Assembly: GCA_022827095.1 (NCBI GenBank)
Contig: JAJDTP010000005.1
Location: 647,919-711,918 of the forward strand
From: Dehalococcoidia bacterium
GTDB taxonomy: Bacteria; Chloroflexota; Dehalococcoidia; Lucifugimonadales; UBA3495
Direction: 5' to 3'
DNA length: 64,000 nt
Below, in pieces: positions 19,115 to 27,823 of the stretch (position 1 is the stretch's first letter; each line of letters opens with the position of its first letter). Below the pieces are notes generated by a model. It was not told the DNA's origin, ran no database searches, and was given only the letters and a program-made list of their open reading frames with translations. Made by a program: the position numbers and the translations under genes.

Positions 19115-19478
19115 GCGAGCGGTAGATTTCCACCGCGGCGGCCTCGATTACCGAGCCCTTGATGGGCGGGCGTGGCTTATGCACTCGGACACGTACCGCG
19201 CCTATTTTCGGATGCTGCTCGAGCACCCCCATGGCAATGGCGCCGGCGGCGGACTCCAGCAGGTTGCAGGGTTCGCCTTCCATCACCGCTTTGACCGCCC
19301 GGTAAAGTTCGGTGTAGCTCACCGTGTCTTCCAGGCGGTCGGAGGCTGCCGGCACGCTCAGGTCCAATTCCGCCTCCAGGTCCACGATGAATGGCTGTCC
19401 CAAGCTGCGCTCCTCGGGATTGACCCCGTGGAATCCATAAAATTGGAGGCCGGTCAGAATAATACGATCTGAAGACAT
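19104..19478 (-). CDS. folB: Dihydroneopterin aldolase
   Basis: From the internal Met, MSSDRIILTGLQFYGFHGVNPEERSLGQPFIVDLE... is the canonical FolB sequence. The track ORF extends upstream to 19562, but that extension looks non-coding. Confidence 0.85.
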   Translation of the reverse strand: MSSDRIILTGLQFYGFHGVNPEERSLGQPFIVDLEAELDLSVPAASDRLEDTVSYTELYRAVKAVMEGEPCNLLESAAGAIAMGVLEQHPKIGAVRVRVHKPRPPIKGSVIEAAAVEIYRSRAF

Positions 19479-19629
19479 CACAAAGGCAACGGCCCGACTG
19501 GATCGGCAGTGTTTCGCGTCAGGTGGTTTCTTTGCATGGATGGACGGGAATTTCGGACGCAAAAGATGCCTGTATTCCGGATGTCCCCGGAACGACGAGT
19601 CATAAACCGCTTAAATCGCAACGCTACGG

Positions 19630-20508
19630 TCAATTGGACATGGCCTCAATGGCCGCGGCTTGCGCCAGCAAGTTCTGCGCCCGTTTCACTACGGGCACGT
19701 CCACCATTCGACCGTCAATGGACAGCGAACCCCTTCCGGACGCTTCCGCTTCATCCCAGGCTTCCACCACTCGGCGGGCGTACGCTACGTCATCAGGGTC
19801 GGGTGAGAAGGTCTCGTTGATGACGTCGATCTGCGCGGGATGGATGGCGAACTTGCCCGTGTACCCCATGCGGCGGGCCGCGGCGGCGTCGCTCCTCAGG
19901 CCCTCCGGGTCACGGAATCCCACGAACGGGCCGTCCAGCCCGGCGACACCCGCGGCCCGGGCCGCCACTGCAACTGACGACCGCGCAAAATAGCACTCTT
20001 CTCCGAAGTCGCTGCGGGTGACGCCCATGTCGTTGGTGTAGTCTTCGGCTCCAAATGCGATCCCCACGATGCGCTGGGAGGCTCGCGCCATCTCGTAGAC
20101 GTGGACGATGGCCATCGCGGTCTCGATCCAGGGGATCACCTTGATGCTTCCCGGCTCGACGCCGGCTTTCGTCTCCAACGGCGCCAGCAGTTGGTCAACT
20201 TGCTGCAGATCCCAAGCCGTGTTGCCCTTGCCGATGCTGATGCCGGCCAAATCCGGGCATACCACCGCGGACAATTCGCCGGAGGCCAGTCCAGTGTCCA
20301 GAGCGTTGACCCGCACCATCACGCGTTTGCCGGCCGCGGCAAGACGAGGGACCCATTCCGTTGCCAGCTCGCACGCTGCGGCTTTTTCTCCGGGCGGCAC
20401 CGAGTCTTCAAGGTCAACCATGATGATGTCGGCGTCGAACCCCAAGACGCGCTCCAGCATGTTGGAGCGATTGCCGGGGACAAAAACTATGCTGCGGAGC
20501 AACTGCAC
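19630..20508 (-). CDS. HpcH/HpaI aldolase / citrate lyase beta-subunit (CitE, malyl-CoA lyase-like) family protein
   Basis: LRSIVFVPGNRSNMLERVLGFDADIIMVDLEDSV is the CitE-family N-terminal block. Confidence 0.85.
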   Translation of the reverse strand: MQLLRSIVFVPGNRSNMLERVLGFDADIIMVDLEDSVPPGEKAAACELATEWVPRLAAAGKRVMVRVNALDTGLASGELSAVVCPDLAGISIGKGNTAWDLQQVDQLLAPLETKAGVEPGSIKVIPWIETAMAIVHVYEMARASQRIVGIAFGAEDYTNDMGVTRSDFGEECYFARSSVAVAARAAGVAGLDGPFVGFRDPEGLRSDAAAARRMGYTGKFAIHPAQIDVINETFSPDPDDVAYARRVVEAWDEAEASGRGSLSIDGRMVDVPVVKRAQNLLAQAAAIEAMSN

Positions 20509-20611
20509 TGGAACAAACCTCTGGAGGGAGAGTTTCGGGGTCGGCGGGAATGGATCCGGCGATCTTGGGTGGCCCCAAGCCCAAGCCGTCAGGTGGGCGT
20601 GTGGTTTTGGA

Positions 20612-23407
20612 TCAGAAGTCGCCCCAGGAGTAGCCCGACTTGACGTCCACCTTGAGCGTCACGTCGAGGTCCATTGCGGCCGGCATCTCGTCCATCACCA
20701 GTTCGGTCATCACGGCCATTTCGTCGTCTGGCACTTCGAACACCAGCTCATCATGCACCTGCAGGATCATGCTGGAACGCATCTGCTCGTTGACCATGCG
20801 GGTGCGTACGTTGATCATGGCGATTTTCATGATGTCGGCCGCAGTGCCCTGGATCGGCATGTTGATAGCCATGCGTTCGGCGGCGGCACGAGTGTTGTGA
20901 TTCGTAGACTGGATGTCCGGCAGATAGCGCCGGCGGCCCAACAGGGTTTCCGCGTACATCACGCTCCGGGTCCGCTCCTTCACGGATTCCAGATAATCGT
21001 TGATGCCAGGATACCGGGAAAGGTAGGTATCGATGAAATGCCGTCCCTCTTCGCGGCTGAACCCGGTTTGTTGCGAGATACCGTAGGGACCCAAACCGTA
21101 AATCACGCCGAAGTTGAGTACCTTGGCGATCCGGCGTTGCTCTGCGTCCACGTCGTTGACGGGCACGTCGAACATCTGGCTCGCGGTCGCGGCGTGAATA
21201 TCTTCGCCCCGGCGGAAAGCCTCAAGCAGCGAGGGGTCCTGCGACATGTGGGCCAGTACACGCAACTCGATCTGGGAATAGTCCGCGGACAGCAATTGAC
21301 AACCGGAATCGGCCACAAAGGCACGTCGGACCTGGCGGCCCAATTCCGTGCGAACCGGTATGTTCTGCAGGTTGGGATCGCTGCTGCTGACGCGGCCCGT
21401 CGCTGAACCGGTTTGGTGATATGACGTGTGGATCCGTCCCGTGTTGGAATTCACCATCTCGGGCAGGGCGTCGACGTATGTCGACTTCAGCTTGGATACC
21501 TGGCGGTAGTCGAGGATTTTGTCCACCGCCGGATGCAGGCCCTTCAGCGCTTCCAGCGCGTTGGCGTCGGTGGAATAACCGGACCGCGTTCGCCGCGACT
21601 TGGGCAAACCCAGTTCGCCGAAGAGCAGATCGCTGAGTTGCTTGGGGGAGTTGATATTGACGCTATGGCCGATGGACTCGAACAACTCCGCCTGGATCTG
21701 GTCCAGTTGTTCATGCAGATCTCGGGACATCTCGTGGAGGATGCCCGCGTCCAGGCGGACCCCAGCCCGCTGCATTTCGACCAGCACCGGCACCAGGGGC
21801 AGTTCCACGTCTGCGAACAGGTCTCCCAAGCCCTGGGTCTCCAATGGCGGCTCGAAGTGCCAGCGCAAGCGCAACGTGCAGTCCGCGTCGGCCGCCGCGT
21901 AGGGGGCGCCGTCGGCGATCTCGACCTCGTTGAAGGTTTTCTGCTTGGCTCCCTTGCCGATCAGGTCGGTGATTTCAGTCATTTCCCGACCCAGTATGGA
22001 AAGGGCCAACGGTTTCAACCCCAGCCGATTATTGCCCAGCAGGTGCGCCGCGATCATGGTGTCGTGGTCCACCACCTGGTACGGGTCCACGCCGTAATTG
22101 CTCAGGAGGGTCAGGTCGTAGTTGGCGTTGTGGGCGGATCGCTGGAGACCCTCGGCGGTGAACAGCGGGCGCACCGCAGCCATCACTTCGTCCAGCGGCA
22201 GCTGCTTTCCGGATGTGTGGCCGACCGGAACGTACCACGCCAGCCCGCCGTCGACCGAGAAACTGAGGCCGGCCAATTCGGCCGACATCGGGTCGGTGCC
22301 GCTGGCCTCGGTGTCGAAGGCGAAGGAGCCGGCCTCCCGGATGGCGGCGATCATCGCGTCCAGTTGGTCCGGGGTGTCGACGACTCGATAATCGCTATCC
22401 GCCGGTTCTTCTGTTTCCGAAGCCGCGGGAGTCGACGGACGGGCGGCGCTTTCAGAGGCAGTGGCCCAGGGCGCGTCGGGGGAGGGAACGCGTCCGACGA
22501 TGCTGTGGAACTCCAGCGCAGTCATCAGGGCGACCACCTCGGATCGCTCGTAGTCGCCGAACTTGCTGGCATCGAGGTCCAGGTTGGTCGGGGCATCGCA
22601 TTTGATGGTGGTCAAGAAGCGATATTCGAAAGCCTCGTCCCGGTTCGCCGCGAGGTTGTTCTGCACCCGTTTCTGGGTTATTTCGTCGAGGTGCTCGTAA
22701 ATGCCCTCCAGGGTGCTGTAGTTGCTCAACAGCGTGGTGGCCGTTTTGTCCCCCACCCCGGGCACGCCGGGGATGTTGTCGGATTTGTCGCCGACCAGGG
22801 CTTTGTAGTCTGGTTGCTGTTCGGCGGTCAGGCCGCCGTAACGCGCCGCTAACTCCTCTTCGTCCACGATGCGACGGTCGCGTTCGCTGCTGGCGAGGTC
22901 GACGCGAACCAGGGGAGAGATCAGCTGGAAAGTATCGCGGTCGCCCGTAAGAATCACGGTTGGCACGTGGGCCGCTTCAGCCTGGCGGCACAGGGTGCCG
23001 ATGATGTCGTCGGCCTCAAACCCGGGCATTTCGTAGATGGGCACCGAGAAGGTCGCCATCAGATCTTTGACGCGATCGAACTGGCCACGCAGTTCCGGCG
23101 GCGTCGGCGGGCGCTGGGCCTTGTATTCCGGGAAACGCTCGTGCCGGAACGTCGGGCTCGGAGTGTCGAAAGCAACCGCGACGTGGCTGGGTTGCCACTC
23201 GTTCAGCGCGCGGATGAACACGCTGGCGAACCCGTAAACGCCCGTAACGTCCTCGCCGGTGGTCGAGACCGTGAGGTTGCGGCTCGCGCTGATCGCCCGG
23301 AATGAACGGTGCACCATCGCGTGTCCATCGATCAACAACAGCAGTGGGGAATTCTGATCGCCTGCGGCGAAGGACATCTGCATGGACATCTGGTTGGCGC
23401 TGGACAT
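20612..23407 (-). CDS. polA: DNA polymerase I (5'-3' exonuclease, 3'-5' exonuclease-like and polymerase domains)
   Basis: 931 aa. Pol A motifs are present: LLSADYSQIELRVLAH, RRIAKVLNFGVIYG and QVHDELVFE. Confidence 0.95.
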   Translation of the reverse strand: MSSANQMSMQMSFAAGDQNSPLLLLIDGHAMVHRSFRAISASRNLTVSTTGEDVTGVYGFASVFIRALNEWQPSHVAVAFDTPSPTFRHERFPEYKAQRPPTPPELRGQFDRVKDLMATFSVPIYEMPGFEADDIIGTLCRQAEAAHVPTVILTGDRDTFQLISPLVRVDLASSERDRRIVDEEELAARYGGLTAEQQPDYKALVGDKSDNIPGVPGVGDKTATTLLSNYSTLEGIYEHLDEITQKRVQNNLAANRDEAFEYRFLTTIKCDAPTNLDLDASKFGDYERSEVVALMTALEFHSIVGRVPSPDAPWATASESAARPSTPAASETEEPADSDYRVVDTPDQLDAMIAAIREAGSFAFDTEASGTDPMSAELAGLSFSVDGGLAWYVPVGHTSGKQLPLDEVMAAVRPLFTAEGLQRSAHNANYDLTLLSNYGVDPYQVVDHDTMIAAHLLGNNRLGLKPLALSILGREMTEITDLIGKGAKQKTFNEVEIADGAPYAAADADCTLRLRWHFEPPLETQGLGDLFADVELPLVPVLVEMQRAGVRLDAGILHEMSRDLHEQLDQIQAELFESIGHSVNINSPKQLSDLLFGELGLPKSRRTRSGYSTDANALEALKGLHPAVDKILDYRQVSKLKSTYVDALPEMVNSNTGRIHTSYHQTGSATGRVSSSDPNLQNIPVRTELGRQVRRAFVADSGCQLLSADYSQIELRVLAHMSQDPSLLEAFRRGEDIHAATASQMFDVPVNDVDAEQRRIAKVLNFGVIYGLGPYGISQQTGFSREEGRHFIDTYLSRYPGINDYLESVKERTRSVMYAETLLGRRRYLPDIQSTNHNTRAAAERMAINMPIQGTAADIMKIAMINVRTRMVNEQMRSSMILQVHDELVFEVPDDEMAVMTELVMDEMPAAMDLDVTLKVDVKSGYSWGDF

Positions 23408-23528
23408 TTGGGGTCTCCGTGCGCGGATGAAAGATGAAAGCGGACTCTAGTGGCGCTGCCGACCGTTGCCGCATTATACATGAGCGAGTAACGGGAACGT
23501 TCGGACGCTATGCTACAATGCCCGCGTT

Positions 23529-23846
23529 ATGCCGGTTTACGAATACCGATGCAACGCCTGCGGCCAGCGGCAATCGCGCCTCGTGTTCAGTTGGACGCCG
23601 GCCGGCACCATCGCGTGCAACGGGTGCGACTCGGAGGACCTGACCCGTTTGGTGTCCGGGTTCTCCTTCCACCGCTCGTGGGGCGACAGCCTGAACTGGA
23701 TGCCCGACAACGCCGCTGCGGACCTGGACGACAGCCACATCGGTAGTATCGACGGGCACATGGGTCGTATGAGCGAGGCGATGGGCGGCCAGGTTACGCC
23801 CGAATTTCACGAACACCGGCACGAGATTACCCATCCCGATCCCTGA
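23529..23846 (+). CDS. FmdB-family zinc-ribbon protein (CxxC...CxxC), copy 1
   Basis: MPVYEYRCNACG...CNGC is the FmdB/'CxxC_CxxC_SSSS' N-terminal ribbon; 105 aa. Confidence 0.75.
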   Translation: MPVYEYRCNACGQRQSRLVFSWTPAGTIACNGCDSEDLTRLVSGFSFHRSWGDSLNWMPDNAAADLDDSHIGSIDGHMGRMSEAMGGQVTPEFHEHRHEITHPDP

Positions 23847-23906
23847 ACGGCCAGTGGTTTTGTCCGACCACCCGGGCCGGTTTCAACACGGGATCTCACG
23901 ACCATC

Positions 23907-24242
23907 ATGCCCATTTACGAATACCGCTGCCGACAGTGCCAGCAGATCTCCTCGATCTTCGTGCGCTCGATCAGCTCGCCTTTGGCGCCGTCGTGCCAGA
24001 GCTGTGGGAGCGAAGAGGTGGAACGGCGCATGTCTACCTTTGCGATGGGCAAGACCACCGGAGACGTGCACAACGCGCACTCGATGGACAGCAGTTCTCG
24101 GGATTACTACAGTGACCCCCGCAACATTGGGCGGCACGTGGAGGAGTCTTTTGCTCGCCACGGCGTGGACATGCCCGCTTCGGTGCGTGAATCAATCGAC
24201 TCGGCACGCAGCGGCGAGGCGCCCAAAGGATTGGACTTGTGA
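23907..24242 (+). CDS. FmdB-family zinc-ribbon protein, copy 2
   Basis: MPIYEYRCRQCQ...CQSCGS; 111 aa. Its stop overlaps the next gene's GTG start (GTGA). Confidence 0.75.
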   Translation: MPIYEYRCRQCQQISSIFVRSISSPLAPSCQSCGSEEVERRMSTFAMGKTTGDVHNAHSMDSSSRDYYSDPRNIGRHVEESFARHGVDMPASVRESIDSARSGEAPKGLDL

Positions 24243-25216
24243 CAGACGAGCAACGCAATTCCACACCGGACCTGTTGTCGGCGCTAGTCGCGTGCCTTGA
24301 CGGCATGGTGGCTTCCGACGCGCTTCCCGAAGGTTTGATGCGTGGGGAGATCGGGTGGTTGGGAGACGGTTTCAGCGACCCCAATCGGGCCTCCACCGCG
24401 CCTTATGCCGTCCAGGGTCGCCGCCGGGCGCTGGAAATGTCCGACGCCGCACGAGGCTTGCTGGACGTGCTGGACGCAACCCAGGGGATCCCTGCCGATG
24501 GGGCACTGCAGTTGCGCCGCGCTCTGGACGACGCGGCGGCGCGGATCGGCGCGGCGATGCGCCGGGAGCAGGCGGGCCGGATCCGCGGCCTGTACGTGAT
24601 CATCGACCCCGAGGTAACGGGCGGCCGCGACCCGCTGGAAATCGCCCGCGCCGCCGTGAACGGCGGGGCCCGCATGTTGCAGTTGCGCGACAAGTTGCGG
24701 GACAAGGGAGAACAGTTGCCGTTGGGCATCGCGCTGCGCGACCTGTGCGCCGCCAACGACGGCCTGCTGATTGTCAACGATCACGCTGATTTGGCCGCTG
24801 CGCTGGGTCCTGAGCACGTGGGCTTGCACGTGGGACAAACGGATCTGCCCGTGGCCGAGGCAAGGAAAATCCTGGCGCCCGGGCAGGTGTTGGGCCGATC
24901 CAACCGCGAGATTGACCTGATCGTCGAGTCGCAAGAAATGGGCGCCGACCACGTGGCATTCGGCGCGATGTATACGACGACCACGAAGCAGGTAACTCGA
25001 GCGCCCCAGGGACCGGAACGCTTGAAGCAGGCCCGCGCCGCTGCAAACGTGCCCCTAGTGGCCATCGGCGGGATCACGGCGGAGAATGTCGCGCCGGTCG
25101 TGGAAGCCGGCGCGGACGCGATTTGCGTCACCGCTGCGGTGGGTAGCGCGGCGGAACCCGAGGCCGCGGCGGTAGCGCTGACCGAAGCGATACGTGCGGC
25201 CGGCGGGCAAGTTTAG
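24239..25216 (+). CDS. thiE: Thiamine-phosphate synthase with an N-terminal extension of about 115 aa of unknown function
   Basis: The C-terminal ~210 aa (GLYVIIDPEV...MLQLRDK...IVNDHADLA...HVGQTDL...VAIGGI) is canonical ThiE. I do not recognise the first ~115 aa. Confidence 0.85.
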   Translation: MTDEQRNSTPDLLSALVACLDGMVASDALPEGLMRGEIGWLGDGFSDPNRASTAPYAVQGRRRALEMSDAARGLLDVLDATQGIPADGALQLRRALDDAAARIGAAMRREQAGRIRGLYVIIDPEVTGGRDPLEIARAAVNGGARMLQLRDKLRDKGEQLPLGIALRDLCAANDGLLIVNDHADLAAALGPEHVGLHVGQTDLPVAEARKILAPGQVLGRSNREIDLIVESQEMGADHVAFGAMYTTTTKQVTRAPQGPERLKQARAAANVPLVAIGGITAENVAPVVEAGADAICVTAAVGSAAEPEAAAVALTEAIRAAGGQV

Positions 25217-25227
25217 CCGGAACCGTT

Positions 25228-25860
25228 ATGCCCACGCGTTATGCTCCACACCTGACCGCTCTGTCCAACCAGGCGGTTGAAGAACTCAGCGCCAGGCACC
25301 GCGCCCGGGAGCAGGCCCTCGGCGTGTCGCGGCAGGTTATCCGGAACTCGGCCAACGCCATCCGGGCGGTGCACCGCAACGATTTCGACGAAGCGAGGCG
25401 ACTGATTGCTGAGGCGGCTGCCCGGCTCGATGAAACCCGTAACATACGCACCGAGAACCCCGAGATTTATTACGCCGGGTTCTTGTCCGATGCGCGTAAG
25501 GAATTCACCGAGGCGAACATAACGTTGGCGGTGATTTCCGGAGGAGACATACCAGACGCCGAGTCCCTGAACATGGACCCACCAGCCTATTTGAACGGCA
25601 TGGCAGAGGTCATCGGCGAACTGCGCCGTTACATCCTGGACGCCTTGCGGCGCGACGACACCTCCCGATGCGAAGAGCTGATGGAGTTGATGGACGAGAT
25701 TTACGGTATCCTGGTTACCGTCGATTTTCCCGAGGCTGTCACCGGCGGCCTGCGCCACAGCACGGACGCCATGCGCGGGGTATTGGAGCGCACCCGGGGC
25801 GACCTGACGATCTCCCTGCAGCAGCGCCGCCTGGAACAGCGCCTGACGGGTCTGACCTAG
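25228..25860 (+). CDS. Translin-family protein
   Basis: 210-aa all-helical ORF. The pattern SRQVIRNSANAIRAVHRNDFDEARRLI...YAGFLSDARKEFTEA...YLNGMAEVIGELRRY resembles the translin/TRAX helical repeats. Assigned from memory of the family pattern. Confidence 0.55.
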   Translation: MPTRYAPHLTALSNQAVEELSARHRAREQALGVSRQVIRNSANAIRAVHRNDFDEARRLIAEAAARLDETRNIRTENPEIYYAGFLSDARKEFTEANITLAVISGGDIPDAESLNMDPPAYLNGMAEVIGELRRYILDALRRDDTSRCEELMELMDEIYGILVTVDFPEAVTGGLRHSTDAMRGVLERTRGDLTISLQQRRLEQRLTGLT

Positions 25861-25946
25861 CGGGCCCGCCTTCGCGTGGAAGGTGACGCTTTGAACGTCA
25901 GGTTCCAGACCCACGAGCCTATCGCGATCGGATTGCGCATCCGGCC

Positions 25947-26663
25947 GTGATTGCCGCCCGCTGGCGCAATGTGGTGATCCTTTCCTGGCCAGTGGAAGAT
26001 GGCCTTTTGGTTCCCTTTTTGCCCGACGGTTTGGCACTGGACCGCTGGCACGGCACGGCCTACATCAGTCTGGTTTGCCTGTTCATGGAAAACCTGCGAG
26101 TGCTGGGTTTGCCGACTGTCCCGCGCAAATTTGCGGAGCTCAATCTGAGGTTCTACGTGCGGCAAGCCCATGGTAGCGATGACCGTAAGGGCGTCGTGTT
26201 CCTGAGGCAGATGGTTTCCAGTCGTTTGGTCGCGTTTGCCGGCCGGGTTTTGTTCCGAGAACCGATGCTGGCTATCCCAATGACTTACAAATGTGGGCCT
26301 CCAGAACGGGAGGATCAACGGGATCGGCAGCGTGTCTACTACCATTGGGTAGATGGCGGTCATGACGGCGGCCTGCGGGTCACCGCCGACGGGCACAGCT
26401 ATTTTGCCGAGCCGGGCTCGCTGGATGAGTTCCTTACTGACCGCCACTGGGGTTACAACCGCACATCCGGCGGCCGTCTTCGGGCGTATCGAATTTCCAG
26501 AGAGCGGTGGCCGCTGGTTCCGGTCATTGACCATGAATTGAGATGCGATCCTGAATCCCTGTACGGGCCGGGAATCGGAGGCGTCATGGCCGACCCGGCG
26601 CCATCGGTCCTGCTGGCGCTGGGTTCGAAGACCCAAGTGCACCTACCGGCCAAATTGAGATAG
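25947..26663 (+). CDS. DUF2071 (YqjF-like) family protein
   Basis: WRNVVILSWPVEDGLLVPFLPDGLALDRWHGTAYISLVCLFMENLRV...LNLRFYV matches the DUF2071 N-terminal pattern as I remember it. Confidence 0.6.
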   Translation: MIAARWRNVVILSWPVEDGLLVPFLPDGLALDRWHGTAYISLVCLFMENLRVLGLPTVPRKFAELNLRFYVRQAHGSDDRKGVVFLRQMVSSRLVAFAGRVLFREPMLAIPMTYKCGPPEREDQRDRQRVYYHWVDGGHDGGLRVTADGHSYFAEPGSLDEFLTDRHWGYNRTSGGRLRAYRISRERWPLVPVIDHELRCDPESLYGPGIGGVMADPAPSVLLALGSKTQVHLPAKLR

Positions 26664-26755
26664 TCCGGCCAAGTTGAGATAGTTCACTCGCCGTTGTTAG
26701 AATGCTGTATCGTACGTCCATCCCGTGAAGCGGAGATGGGCCAGGCAGGATTGGA

Positions 26756-27793
26756 GTGGTTGACGCAGCGCCCCGAGCGGCCATACATACGATTCCCGAT
26801 TCGCTGGACGCAATCGAAGAGTGCTACCGGCGAGGTTGGACCGACGGCTTGCCAGTCGTGCCGCCCACCGCCGACCGTGTCCAGGTGATGCTGGAAGCGG
26901 TGGGACTGGAGCCGGGCCATGTGCTCGGAGAAGTTCCGGTGCGGCGCCGGGCGCTGACGGCTGAACAGGCCGCGGCTAATGCCGTCATGGCCGGCTGTCT
27001 CCCGGCCTATTTCCCCATCGTGCTGGCGACCATGCGGGTTCTGTTCGAGCACGACCCTAATTGCATTCACGAAGTGTCCGCGGTTACCAACTCCACCGGT
27101 TTGATGGTTGCGGTCAATGGCCCGATCCGGCGGGAGATCAATCTGAACTGCACCGACAACCTGTTCAGTCCCGGCAATCGCGCCAACTCAACCATCGGGC
27201 GGGCGCTGCGCTTGATCTTGATCAACGTGTTCGAACAAAGGCCCGGCTTGCTGGACCGGGGGTGCATGGGCAGCCTGACCAAATTCGGCGTGGTTTTCGG
27301 CGAGGATGAAGAAAACAGCCCATGGGAGCCGTTCCACGTCAGCCAGGGATTTTCGGCCGAGCAATCCACGGTAACCGTGGCAACGATCCAGGATCCGTCC
27401 ATGCACAGCAACCGATACGGCTCCAACGCCGAGAGCCTGCTGGATTCCATCGCCGACGGAATGGCGTCGCACGGCTTGGCCGCTTACTTCGGACGCAATA
27501 TCAAATGGGTATGGATCGTAGGGCATTGGCATTCTGAACGGTTGGCACGGCAGGGCTGGACCCGAACCGACATGCAGGAGTATGTGTACGAGCGCTCCTG
27601 GCGGTCCGCCGGCCAGCTGAAGCGCCTCGGCATGGCCACCGGCGCCGTCCAGCCCGGGGATGACGACGAGCGGCGCATGACCGTCGCAGGCCCGGACGAT
27701 ATATTGATTTTTAAAGCCGGCGGGGACAGCGGCATGTACAGCGAACTCATTATGAATTATTACGGGGTTCCCGCCGAGATCGGCGTCATCTGA
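26756..27793 (+). CDS. Conserved hypothetical protein (345 aa) immediately upstream of the putative selenoprotein
   Basis: Long ORF with coding-like composition (…RGWTDGLPVVPPTADRV…AANAVMAGCLPAYFPIV…). I do not recognise a family. The GTG start at 26756 is uncertain. Confidence 0.6.
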   Translation: MVDAAPRAAIHTIPDSLDAIEECYRRGWTDGLPVVPPTADRVQVMLEAVGLEPGHVLGEVPVRRRALTAEQAAANAVMAGCLPAYFPIVLATMRVLFEHDPNCIHEVSAVTNSTGLMVAVNGPIRREINLNCTDNLFSPGNRANSTIGRALRLILINVFEQRPGLLDRGCMGSLTKFGVVFGEDEENSPWEPFHVSQGFSAEQSTVTVATIQDPSMHSNRYGSNAESLLDSIADGMASHGLAAYFGRNIKWVWIVGHWHSERLARQGWTRTDMQEYVYERSWRSAGQLKRLGMATGAVQPGDDDERRMTVAGPDDILIFKAGGDSGMYSELIMNYYGVPAEIGVI

Positions 27794-27823
27794 CGCTTCC
27801 GACTGTCGGACAAAGGAGTTTTC

